Below are positions 9,529 through 18,258 of a stretch of 64,000 nucleotides of DNA, piece by piece. Positions within the stretch are counted from its first letter, which is position 1. Every line of letters begins with the position of its first letter. The translations under genes were made by a program, and so were the position numbers. The stretch is from Burkholderiales bacterium (GTDB lineage: Bacteria > Pseudomonadota > Gammaproteobacteria > Burkholderiales > SG8-41): positions 7,254 to 71,253 of the forward strand of contig DATLEF010000174.1 of assembly GCA_035525455.1 (NCBI GenBank), read 5' to 3'. The notes below the pieces were generated by a model, which saw only the letters and a program-made list of their open reading frames with translations, had not been told where the DNA came from and ran no database searches.

Positions 9529-9584
9529 TGGCGCGCCGACGGCGCGCCAGCGAAAACGGCACGTGTGAGCGTGCCGTTTTTTTT
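9529..9584. terminator. bidirectional terminator region (two hairpins) between convergent genes
   Basis: Hairpin tggcgcgcc-gac-ggcgcgcca (9529-9549). Second hairpin aaaacggcacg-tgtgag-cgtgccgtttt, followed by T8 (to 9584). Confidence 0.7.
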
Positions 9585-9612
9585 GCGACTCCCGCTTGGC
9601 GCGGCGCCGCCC

Positions 9613-10386
9613 TTAGAGCACGCCCGAAAGACCACCGTCTACGTTGACGCAGCAGCCGGTCACATAGCTTGCCGCATTTGACGCGAGAAACACGATCACG
9701 TTGGCCACTTCTTCGGCCTCACCCATGCGGCCGAGAGGCACTGTTTTTCCAGTGCTCTCGTAGTGGTCGCGCACCGACATACCGGTGCGCGCCGCGCGCC
9801 GCTCCTGCTGCATCGATTTGATTTTTCCGACCGCCACGGCGTTCACCAGGATATTGTCGGCCGCATATTCTTTGGACAGCGCCTTTGTGAGCGCAAGGCC
9901 GGCCGCCCTGCTGACCGTGGTCGGGAAAGAGCTCGCAAAAGGCTGTTTTGCGCCCACCATGTTCAGATTGATGATGCGGCCGCCGCCGTGTTTCTTCATG
10001 TGCGGGACCGCGGCGCGCGCAGTGCGGATCTGCGCGAAAACCTTGATGTCGATATCGCGCTGCCACGCCGCATCCTCGACTTTCTCGAAAGGCTCCTGCC
10101 CGGTGCCACCCGCGTTGTTCACCACAATGTCGACGCGCCCGTACTTGCGCACCGTCTCCTCGATGAAGCGCTCCATGTCGCCCGCCTGAGATGCGTCCGC
10201 AACGATGGGCAGCACGTCGGCGCCCGCCTTCTTGAGCTCATCGGCAAATGCATTGAGCACTTCGGCACGACGCGCGCAGAACGCAACCTTGACGCCTTCT
10301 TCGACGAGCCGTTTGACCGTTGCCTTACCGATGCCTTCGCTGCCGCCCGTCACGGCTGCGACCTTGCCACGCAATCCCAGATCCAT
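9613..10386 (-). CDS. SDR family oxidoreductase
   Basis: Trimmed to the ATG at 10386, preceded by AGAGGA. TGGSEGIG Rossmann motif, NNAG, and a classical SDR core. Confidence 0.85.
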   Translation of the reverse strand: MDLGLRGKVAAVTGGSEGIGKATVKRLVEEGVKVAFCARRAEVLNAFADELKKAGADVLPIVADASQAGDMERFIEETVRKYGRVDIVVNNAGGTGQEPFEKVEDAAWQRDIDIKVFAQIRTARAAVPHMKKHGGGRIINLNMVGAKQPFASSFPTTVSRAAGLALTKALSKEYAADNILVNAVAVGKIKSMQQERRAARTGMSVRDHYESTGKTVPLGRMGEAEEVANVIVFLASNAASYVTGCCVNVDGGLSGVL

Positions 10387-10457
10387 CGTGATCCTCTTCG
10401 TGCTGACGATGCCGGGCATTGTGACACAATGGCTCCGACCCGTAAGCGACATGAACG

Positions 10458-11429
10458 ATGATCATCGCTATCCCCGACGACTACCACGGCGTCGTACCGC
10501 TGCTGGATTGTTTCGCAACGCTGCGCGGCCACGATGTGCGCGTGTTCCGCGACGCGGCGCCGACGTTCGACGTGCTCGTTAAACTACTGCGGGACGCCGA
10601 GATCATCGTGCCGGTGCGCGAGCGCACGCTCTTTTCGCGCGAGCTCATAGATGCCCTGCCGCGCCTCAAAATGTTCAGTCAGACCGGACGCAGCACGCAT
10701 CACATCGACGTCGAAGCCTGCACCGCGCGCGGCATCGCGATCGCGGCCGGCAGTCATGCTTCGCCCTATACGGTGGCCGAGCACACGTGGGCGCTGGTCC
10801 TCGCAGCGTTGCGCCCCGTTCATGAAGACGCCGCGCTGATGAAGCAAGGAGAGTGGCGGCGCTCGTTCAGCCTGGGTTTGCGTGGCCGCACCCTCGGCAT
10901 CTTCGGGCTGGGGAAGATCGGCGCGCTCGTCGCCGCGACCGGAGCATCGTTCGGCATGCGCGTGCTGGTCTGGGGACGTGACGCGACACGCTCAGCGGCG
11001 ACGCAGCTGGGTTACGAGGTCGCAGCCGATCAACGGGCGCTTTTCGCAGCCTCGGACGTGCTCAGCCTGCACCTGCGCCTCACACCCGAGACACGCGGGA
11101 TCGTGACTGCCGCACACCTCGCTGCCATGAAGTCCGATGCTCTCCTCGTGAATACCGCCCGTGCAGAGCTCATCGGGCATGGCGCGCTCGAGCATGCGCT
11201 CACGCAAGGCCATCCCGGGCTTGCGGCGGTGGACGTGTACGAAGAAGAGCCGGTGCTGGGCGGCAATCATTCCCTGCTGCATCTCGACAATGCGCTTTGC
11301 ACTCCGCACAGCGCGTGGCTCGAGAAAGCGACCTACGAGCTCTACTTCGGCGAAGCTTTCGCGAACGCAGCGGCGTTTGCAGCCGGCAAACCGGTGAAGC
11401 TCGTCAATCCGTCGGTCGTGCCGAGTTAA
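10458..11429 (+). CDS. D-isomer-specific 2-hydroxyacid dehydrogenase family protein
   Basis: 323 aa. NAD-binding GIFGLGKIG. Catalytic-region motifs (LVNTARAELI, PHSAW). Confidence 0.85.
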   Translation: MIIAIPDDYHGVVPLLDCFATLRGHDVRVFRDAAPTFDVLVKLLRDAEIIVPVRERTLFSRELIDALPRLKMFSQTGRSTHHIDVEACTARGIAIAAGSHASPYTVAEHTWALVLAALRPVHEDAALMKQGEWRRSFSLGLRGRTLGIFGLGKIGALVAATGASFGMRVLVWGRDATRSAATQLGYEVAADQRALFAASDVLSLHLRLTPETRGIVTAAHLAAMKSDALLVNTARAELIGHGALEHALTQGHPGLAAVDVYEEEPVLGGNHSLLHLDNALCTPHSAWLEKATYELYFGEAFANAAAFAAGKPVKLVNPSVVPS

Positions 11430-11555
11430 CCCGCGGCGATCCGGCATTCGCAGTGCGTTCCGGCTTCGGGAGCACCCGAGCACTCGCGGTGTGGCGCGGA
11501 GTCGGATCAAAGGCGTTTTGCGATAAAATCTCTTTCACTTTTCCGACGTACCGCG

Positions 11556-11804
11556 ATGACTCAATCCAAACTTTTTGACGACGAGCTGCAGGAAGCGATG
11601 CAACAGCTTTTCGACGAAACGATCGAAGCGATCCAGCTCGCCAAAGTCAGTCCGGACCTCGACGATCTAGCCGCCACATTCGCAGTGGCGCTTCTGAAGC
11701 TCGGCCTCGCCACAGGATTCGTCGAGCAGCGTCACCCGGGATTTGCGAAGGACGTCGAGGAAAAGCGGCAGCGCGTCATTGCTGCTTTGACTCAGAAACA
11801 CTGA
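11556..11804 (+). CDS. hypothetical small acidic protein
   Basis: 82-aa ORF. It ends 5 nt before the GTG of the cysteine desulfurase, so translational coupling is possible. No family recognised. Confidence 0.45.
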   Translation: MTQSKLFDDELQEAMQQLFDETIEAIQLAKVSPDLDDLAATFAVALLKLGLATGFVEQRHPGFAKDVEEKRQRVIAALTQKH

Positions 11805-11809
11805 CGGCC

Positions 11810-12973
11810 GTGGAAGTCCCCATCTACCTCGATAACTCTGCTACGACGCCGCTCGATCCGCGCGTGGTCGAGCGGATGCTGCCCTATCTCACGACCCATT
11901 TCGGCAATCCGGCGAGCACCACACACGAATTTGGCCGCATCGCCCTGCGCGCCGTCGAAGAAGCGCGCACCGAAGTCGCCGCGCTCCTCAACGCAGACGA
12001 ACGCGCGATCGTATGGACCTCGGGCGCAACCGAATCGAACAATCTGGCAATCAAAGGCGCAGCTTCGGCGCTGCGCGCACGGGGCCGCCACCTCGTGACC
12101 GTAGAGACCGAGCACAAAGCGGTCCTCGACACGATGAAAGAGCTCGAGCGTAGCGGTTACGAGGTCACTTACCTCGCGCCGGATCCAAACGGACTCGTCG
12201 ACGCCGCACAGTTCGAAGCCGCTCTGCGTCCGGACACCGTGCTGGCTTCGGTCATGCTCGTGAACAATGAAATCGGCGTCATACAGGACGTCGATGCGCT
12301 GGGCGCAGCATGCCGCGCTCACGGAGTCCTGTTCCACGTCGATGCAGCGCAGGCTACGGGCAAGGTCGCGATCGACGTGGCACGCACACCCATCGACCTG
12401 ATGTCGCTCACCGCCCACAAGACTTACGGCCCCAAAGGGATCGGCGCACTGTATGTCCGGCGCGAGCGGCACGTGAAGCTCGACGCACAGGTGCATGGCG
12501 GCGGACACGAACGCGGATTGCGCTCGGGCACACTCGCCACGCACCAGATCGTCGGCATGGGCGAGGCTTTCCGCCTCGCACGCGAGGAGATGGCCCGCGA
12601 AGTGCCGCGCATGCGCGCGCTGCGGGACCGCCTGTGGCAGGGCCTGCGCGACTATCCGGAGCTGCGCGTGAACGGGGACATGGAGCGCCGCATCGCCAAC
12701 AATCTGAATTTGAGCGTTGCAGTCGACAACTGTGACGCGCTGATCGCTTCCCTCACCGACATTGCGGTTTCGTCTACTTCGGCGTGCTCCTCGGGCAGTA
12801 CGATGCCTTCGCACGTGCTGCAGGCGCTGGGCGTCGACGGCTCGAACGCCATCCGTATCACCGTCGGGCGCTTCAATACCGAGCAAGAGATCGATTACGC
12901 CGTCGCCCATCTGCGGGAGAAGCTTCACGAATGCAGGGCGCGCCGCGACTCTCCCGTGATGCTGGGCCACTGA
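11810..12973 (+). CDS. cysteine desulfurase (NifS/IscS-like, class V aminotransferase)
   Basis: 387 aa, GTG start. IYLDNSATTP, SGATESNN, PLP-lysine motif SLTAHKTYGPKG, and active-site loop SSTSACSSG. Confidence 0.85.
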   Translation: MEVPIYLDNSATTPLDPRVVERMLPYLTTHFGNPASTTHEFGRIALRAVEEARTEVAALLNADERAIVWTSGATESNNLAIKGAASALRARGRHLVTVETEHKAVLDTMKELERSGYEVTYLAPDPNGLVDAAQFEAALRPDTVLASVMLVNNEIGVIQDVDALGAACRAHGVLFHVDAAQATGKVAIDVARTPIDLMSLTAHKTYGPKGIGALYVRRERHVKLDAQVHGGGHERGLRSGTLATHQIVGMGEAFRLAREEMAREVPRMRALRDRLWQGLRDYPELRVNGDMERRIANNLNLSVAVDNCDALIASLTDIAVSSTSACSSGSTMPSHVLQALGVDGSNAIRITVGRFNTEQEIDYAVAHLREKLHECRARRDSPVMLGH

Positions 12974-13013
12974 GTGGCTGGCATCCGGGCCGTCCCGGCA
13001 TTTAGTACGAACA

Positions 13014-13081
13014 GAGGGAAACCTAGTTTCCCCTCCGTAACCTCCCTCTCCTTCGGCGCTCTCTCGAGCGCTTCGGCGCCC
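13014..13081. repeat. REP-like intergenic element (ACGGAGG-core family), copy A
   Basis: gagggaaacctagtttcccctccgtaacctccctctccttcggcgctctctcgagcgcttcggcgccc. Its reverse complement aligns at about 85% by eye with 22171-22240. It contains two internal hairpins. Confidence 0.65.
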
Positions 13082-13143
13082 TACTCTTGTCTAACTTGCG
13101 TTCGTTGACACTGTGGCCGACGCTGGCTACCCTCAGCGCCTCC

Positions 13144-14424
13144 ATGGGAATGACCGCAGTAGAAAAAACACTGGCGCTGAAAAGCGGTGTACCAAGCGTC
13201 ATGCCGGGTGATGTGGTCTATCCCGACCCCGACTTCGTCATGATTCACGATGGCGTGGTGATGGCCGCCAAGCGCGAGCTCGACAGTCTCGGAATCAACA
13301 GGCTCGCGGCGCCGGAAAAAGTCGTGATGGTGACCGACCACGACGTCATTTACGGCAGCGCACGCGCCGCGGAACGCGGAGCGTTCAACCGCCGCGCGGC
13401 CCAAGCCTGGGGCGTCAGGAATTTCTTCGACGTGGGGCGCGGCGGCCACGGTCATATCTTCCCGATGGAAACCGGCATGCTCCTGCCGGGCATGTTCTAT
13501 TTCGACAACGATCGCCACAGTACCAACGCAGGCGCAATCGGCGCTTTCGGGTTCCGCATGGGTAGCGAGATCAGCCGGGTGCTCGCCACCGGCACGAACT
13601 GGGTGATGGTTCCTAAAAGCGTGCGCCTCAGGATCAAAGGCCATCTGAAACCCGGCGTCCATGCACGCGATGTGGGATTACGCATCGCGGCACTTCTCGC
13701 GTCCGGCGCGCTGGAGGCCGATCTCGACTATCGCGTGCTCGAGTATGCGGGCGATCTCGATCAGTTCGATCTCGCGGCGCGGACTGCGCTCTGCTCGAGT
13801 CCCACCGAAATGCGCGCGTACGGCGTCTTCGTTCCGCCGTCCGAGGCCGTACTCGAGCGCGCGCAAGCGAAAGCGCAGCGGCTGTTCCGACCGGTGTACG
13901 CTGACCCGGATGCGCGCTACGAGGCCGACCTCGAGCTCGAAGTGAGCACGCTCGAGCCGCAGATCGCGCTGCCCGGCGGTGTCGAACGCGCGGTGGATCT
14001 GAGCGAAGTCGCGGGCCGCAGAATCGACCACGTCTTCCTCGGCTCGTGCGGCTCGGGGATGTACGAAGACATGCAGGCCGCGGCCCGGATTCTCGAAGGC
14101 CGGCGGCTTGCTCCGCACGTGCGCATGTTCATCGCGCCGGGATCCGAAGCGTCGACGCAGCGCATGGCGCGCGAGGGCCTGCTGCAGATCTTTCTGGACG
14201 CCGGCGCAGTGATGCTTCCTGCGGGCTGCGGACCGTGCAATGACGCGGTGGTCGGCCCGGTGCATTCGGGCGAAGCGTCGATCTCCACCGCAGCCAACAA
14301 CAACTCCGGCCGCTTCGGCGCCAGGGACGCAGCGCTTTATCTTGGAAGTCCCATGACGGTTGCTGCATCGGCGGTCGTTGGTGCGATCACCGATGCCCGC
14401 ACGGTGATGACTGCTACGAGATGA
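13144..14424 (+). CDS. aconitase-superfamily hydro-lyase large subunit (LeuC/HacA-like, divergent)
   Basis: Fe-S ligand motifs LGSCGSG and PAGCGPCN. VTDHDV substrate motif. The start is uncertain (ATG at 13144 or 13150; the track starts at 13087). There is a 4-nt ATGA overlap with the small subunit. Confidence 0.75.
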   Translation: MGMTAVEKTLALKSGVPSVMPGDVVYPDPDFVMIHDGVVMAAKRELDSLGINRLAAPEKVVMVTDHDVIYGSARAAERGAFNRRAAQAWGVRNFFDVGRGGHGHIFPMETGMLLPGMFYFDNDRHSTNAGAIGAFGFRMGSEISRVLATGTNWVMVPKSVRLRIKGHLKPGVHARDVGLRIAALLASGALEADLDYRVLEYAGDLDQFDLAARTALCSSPTEMRAYGVFVPPSEAVLERAQAKAQRLFRPVYADPDARYEADLELEVSTLEPQIALPGGVERAVDLSEVAGRRIDHVFLGSCGSGMYEDMQAAARILEGRRLAPHVRMFIAPGSEASTQRMAREGLLQIFLDAGAVMLPAGCGPCNDAVVGPVHSGEASISTAANNNSGRFGARDAALYLGSPMTVAASAVVGAITDARTVMTATR

Positions 14425-14963
14425 ATCCTGAATTCGCATGGCGCCTCGAAGGTCGCTGCTACAAGCTCGGGCACGACGTCCCACACGCCGGCGGCGTCGT
14501 GCCCAACGCCGTCATCGCCGGACGCTATTTCGAAGCGAAAGACATCGTCCCGCATCTCTTTGCGGAGACCGATCCGGGATTTCACGAGCGCTGCCGGCCC
14601 GGCGATATCATCGTCGCCGGTCGCAACTTCGGCATGGGACCGAAGATGAACGGCTACATCGCGATGCAGGCGCTCGGCCTCGGACTCGTCTGCGAATCGA
14701 TGCCTTTTCTCGCCTACCGGGCCGCTGTCGGTTGTGGGCTCCGCGTGATGACCGACTGCATCAACGTCACGCAAATGTGCGAAACCGGCGACGAGCTCGA
14801 AATCGATTTCCGCAGCGGTTATTTCATGAATCACACGCGCGATCTGCGGCGCGAATATCCGCCGGTCCCCGACACGTTGCTCGCGCTGATCGAGCTCGGC
14901 GGCAACAGCGGCTGGCTCAAACAATGGTGGCAGTCGCAACAGCCCTCAAGCGCGTCGCGCTGA
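14421..14963 (+). CDS. aconitase-superfamily hydro-lyase small subunit (LeuD-like swivel domain)
   Basis: 180 aa. GDIIVAGRNFGMG motif typical of LeuD/HacB. Translationally coupled to the large subunit. Confidence 0.75.
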   Translation: MNPEFAWRLEGRCYKLGHDVPHAGGVVPNAVIAGRYFEAKDIVPHLFAETDPGFHERCRPGDIIVAGRNFGMGPKMNGYIAMQALGLGLVCESMPFLAYRAAVGCGLRVMTDCINVTQMCETGDELEIDFRSGYFMNHTRDLRREYPPVPDTLLALIELGGNSGWLKQWWQSQQPSSASR

Positions 14964-15868
14964 CGCTCGCGTTCGTAACCGCCGGCGCGTACGCCCAAGC
15001 GCCCGCGCCGGCGAACCAATGCGGCGGCGTCTATGCCGATCCTGCAGTCGCGATCGAGGCGTGTTCGCGGGTCATCGAATTCGGCAGCCTCGATAAGCCC
15101 GATCTTGCCAAAGCCTACTATTCACGCGGCACGGAATGGGCACGGCAGGCTTCGTACGAGCGAGCGCTCGCGGATTACGATCTCGCGATACAGCTCGATC
15201 CCGATTTTCCCCTGCCCTATTACAACCGCGCCCTCGTCCTCTCTAACAAGGGCGAGTCCGATCGTGCCATTGCGGACTATGACAGGGCGCTCAAGCTGAG
15301 GCCGAACGACTCCGACGGATACATTGCGCGTGCGGTCGAGTGGACGGTGAAAGGCGATTACAAGCGTGCCATCGCCGATTACGAAAACGTGGTACGCCTC
15401 GTTCCGGATTCGCTCGCGGGTTATTTCGGCCGTGGCCGCGCGCGCTTCTATGCCGGAGATTTCATGTCGGCGGCGTCGGACTTCTACCGCTCGCATCAGC
15501 TCGCGCCGTCGCTCTATACGGCAATCTGGCTTTTCCTCGCTCGCAAGCGCGCCGATATTCCGGGCGAGAAGACGCTCGCGGACGATGCCGGCACGAGCGG
15601 TTTCGGCGTGTGGCCCGCCCCTGTCGTGGGGCTATACCTCGGCAAATCTCAACCCGATGCGGTAATGCGCTCCGCAACCCATCCCGATGCGACGCGGCAG
15701 CGCGACCTGCGCTGCGAAGCAAGCTTCTACGTCGGGCACTGGCACGTGCTGCGCGGGTCGCCCGAGCCCGCGGCCCAGCTTCTGCGCGAGGCCGAAGCGA
15801 CGTGTCCGAGCACGTTCATCGAGCACGAAGGGGCAATCGCCGAGCTGCGCAGGCTCAGCCGTCGATAA
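14924..15868 (+). CDS. secreted tetratricopeptide-repeat protein (NlpI-like)
   Basis: Real start taken at ATG 14924, inside a longer out-of-context ORF. Signal peptide MVAVATALKRVALTLAFVTAGAYA/QA. Repeated TPR signatures (AIADYDRALKLRPND, AIADYENVVRLVPD). It overlaps the preceding gene by 40 nt. Confidence 0.7.
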   Translation: MVAVATALKRVALTLAFVTAGAYAQAPAPANQCGGVYADPAVAIEACSRVIEFGSLDKPDLAKAYYSRGTEWARQASYERALADYDLAIQLDPDFPLPYYNRALVLSNKGESDRAIADYDRALKLRPNDSDGYIARAVEWTVKGDYKRAIADYENVVRLVPDSLAGYFGRGRARFYAGDFMSAASDFYRSHQLAPSLYTAIWLFLARKRADIPGEKTLADDAGTSGFGVWPAPVVGLYLGKSQPDAVMRSATHPDATRQRDLRCEASFYVGHWHVLRGSPEPAAQLLREAEATCPSTFIEHEGAIAELRRLSRR

Positions 15869-17186
15869 CATCCCGCGCTGCGGCGCGCTGCGCCGCAGTC
15901 GCACGGTAATAGAGGACGGTCAGCGCGAAGCCGGCCAGAAAGAGCGCCGTAAGCTCCGGATTGAAGTACGCGATCACGCCGAAACTGATAACGCTCAAGC
16001 CGAGCGCGATGAGCGGCAGAACGGGATAGAGCGGCGCGCGAAATGTCCGCTCGAGATCGGGCTCCACGCGACGCAGTCGAAAGAGCGCAAGCATGCTGCA
16101 GATATACATCGCTATGGCGCCGAGCGCCGAGAGGATGATCAACTGGCTCGTCGCACCCGATGCGAGCGCGCCGACGCCGAAAATACCAGTGGCGACGAGC
16201 GCACGGTGCGGCGTGCTGCGCGTCGCATGCAGCGCGGCCAGCTTCTTCGGCAGATAACCCGCCCGGGCCAGCGCAAACATCTGGCGCGAGCACGACAGGA
16301 TAATGCCGTGGAATGACGCGAGGAGACCGAACAGGCCCACCGCGACCAGCATGTGTATCCACCCGCTCTGCCTGCCGACGACCATCGCCATCGCTTCCGG
16401 CAAAGGGTAATCGATGGCGCTCAAGGCGTGCCAGTCGCCTGCGCCGCCGGCCAATATCATCACGCCGAACGCGAGCACGACGAGCGTCAATATGCCTGAG
16501 ATGTAGCCGCGCGGAATCGTGTAGCGCGGATTCCTGACTTCCTCGGCCGCCATCGCGACGCCTTCGATTGCAAGAAAGAACCAGATCGCAAACGGTATGG
16601 CAGCGAGCACGCCCGCGAATCCCGACGGCATCGCATCGGTGAGAAAATTATCGACGCGAAATCCGGGCGCGACGACCAGCATGAATACAACCAGCTCCGC
16701 GACGGCGAGCACGGTGACGATCAGCTCGAAACGCACCGCCTGTTTCACCCCGAGGATGTTGAGGCCTACGAACAGGACGTAAGCGACGATGCCGACGACG
16801 AGCACTGGAACCGACTCGAACTGGAAATGCACGTAGGCGCCCAGAGCCGCAGCGATCGCTGGAGGCGCCAGCGCAAACTCGACCAGCGTCGCATACCCTG
16901 CAACGAGCCCTCCGAACGGGCCGAATGCGCGCCTTGCGTACTCGAAAGGTCCGCCCGCGTGCGGAATTGCAGTCGTGAGCTCGGTGAAGCTGAATATGAA
17001 GCTCACGTAGAGGACCGCCACGATCACCGTCGTGTACAGAAAACCGACCGTGCCTGCGGCAGCCCAGCCATAGCTCCAGCCGAAATACTCCCCGGAGATG
17101 ACGAGACCGACGGCGAGGCTCCACAAGCCGACCACGCCGATTTCCGCGCGCAGCCGAGGCTGGGGACTCGCAGCTGGAGCGCTCAT
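15855..17186 (-). CDS. APC-superfamily amino acid/amine permease (ethanolamine-permease-like)
   Basis: 443 aa with about 12 TM helices. The N-terminal motif VISGEYFGWSYGW resembles Eat-type permeases. Confidence 0.85.
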   Translation of the reverse strand: MSAPAASPQPRLRAEIGVVGLWSLAVGLVISGEYFGWSYGWAAAGTVGFLYTTVIVAVLYVSFIFSFTELTTAIPHAGGPFEYARRAFGPFGGLVAGYATLVEFALAPPAIAAALGAYVHFQFESVPVLVVGIVAYVLFVGLNILGVKQAVRFELIVTVLAVAELVVFMLVVAPGFRVDNFLTDAMPSGFAGVLAAIPFAIWFFLAIEGVAMAAEEVRNPRYTIPRGYISGILTLVVLAFGVMILAGGAGDWHALSAIDYPLPEAMAMVVGRQSGWIHMLVAVGLFGLLASFHGIILSCSRQMFALARAGYLPKKLAALHATRSTPHRALVATGIFGVGALASGATSQLIILSALGAIAMYICSMLALFRLRRVEPDLERTFRAPLYPVLPLIALGLSVISFGVIAYFNPELTALFLAGFALTVLYYRATAAQRAAARDVIDG

Positions 17187-17205
17187 GCGAAAAGTCGAAC
17201 TGACG

Positions 17206-18213
17206 CTAGTGCTCGCGCGTAAGCGCCGAGCGCACGATCGTGGAAATCAGATCGGCATAAGGCACGCCGGCGAAGCAGCGGTCGCGCCCGAAAGTATCGC
17301 GCGTGAGATCGGGATTCGGGTTCGCTTCGAGAAAGACGAGCTTCCCGTCGGCCGTGAGGCGATAGTCGATGCGCGCGTAATCGCGGAGCTTCAGTGCGTG
17401 GAAAATGCGGCGGCTCGCGTCAGCCACCTGCGCTCGAAGCGCCTCTGACAGCTTCGCCTCGCGGTAACTGATCCGCCATTTCGTGCGATAGCGCGCATCG
17501 TTTTTCACCCGCGAGGTGGAGAACGACGGCGCGCTTCGGCCGCGCCGGCCCACCACCAGCTCGAGCGGCGGCATCACCTCCGGCGTATTGCCCAGAAGCG
17601 CCACGAAAAGGTCCCGACCCGGCACGTACTGCTCGCACATGAGCGCATCGTGCCCGCGCCGATGCAGCACCTGCAGCCGCCGCGTGAGCGCGCGTTCGCC
17701 GCGTACCAGCGCGCCACTGCTGATTTCGTCGGAACCGTCTCCGAATTGAGGCTTCACGATGAGCGGAAAGCTGAGCGCGTCGAGCGACGGTCGATGGCCA
17801 TTCACGAGGCTGTGGGGCGCGACCGCAATGCCGAGCTCGCCCACGACCTGCTTCGCGAGCGCTTTGTCGCGGGCGATCTGCATGCCGTGCGGGCCCGCGC
17901 CGGTGTAGCGTAGCCGCATCATTTCGAGCATGCCGGCAATGGAGGAATCGAGCCGGCGATCCCCGGCGATCCATTCGGTGAGATTGAAGACGAGGCGCGG
18001 TTTAAGCGCGCGCAGCGCCTCGATCGTCGGCGTAATCGCGGGATCGAACGGCACGATGCTCACCCCGCGGTCCTGTCGCCGCAGCGCTTCGCACACGTGC
18101 CACTCCATGGTGCCGCGCTCGAGAACGAACTCGCCCGCTTTGTCGACGTCGCCGACTTCCTCATCGACAAGCACGGCGATGTCGCAGCCCTCGCAGCCGT
18201 CGTCGCGAGTCAT
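17206..18213 (-). CDS. ATP-grasp enzyme, D-alanine--D-alanine-ligase-like family
   Basis: 335 aa. ATP-grasp motifs (FPLIVKPQFGDGSDEIS, EQYVPGRDLFV, ARIDYRL...FLEANPNP). Lies 19 nt upstream of the permease. Confidence 0.75.
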   Translation of the reverse strand: MTRDDGCEGCDIAVLVDEEVGDVDKAGEFVLERGTMEWHVCEALRRQDRGVSIVPFDPAITPTIEALRALKPRLVFNLTEWIAGDRRLDSSIAGMLEMMRLRYTGAGPHGMQIARDKALAKQVVGELGIAVAPHSLVNGHRPSLDALSFPLIVKPQFGDGSDEISSGALVRGERALTRRLQVLHRRGHDALMCEQYVPGRDLFVALLGNTPEVMPPLELVVGRRGRSAPSFSTSRVKNDARYRTKWRISYREAKLSEALRAQVADASRRIFHALKLRDYARIDYRLTADGKLVFLEANPNPDLTRDTFGRDRCFAGVPYADLISTIVRSALTREH

Positions 18214-18258
18214 CCGGAGATTCTAACCCGGGCGCTTTCTTTGTACAACTGTGCCGCG

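Noticed and set aside
11792-12970. 392-aa ORF antisense to the cysteine desulfurase gene
   Set aside because: Typical shadow ORF of a GC-rich gene. It has Arg/Ala/His-rich low-complexity content and no motifs, while the sense strand has unmistakable NifS/IscS motifs.
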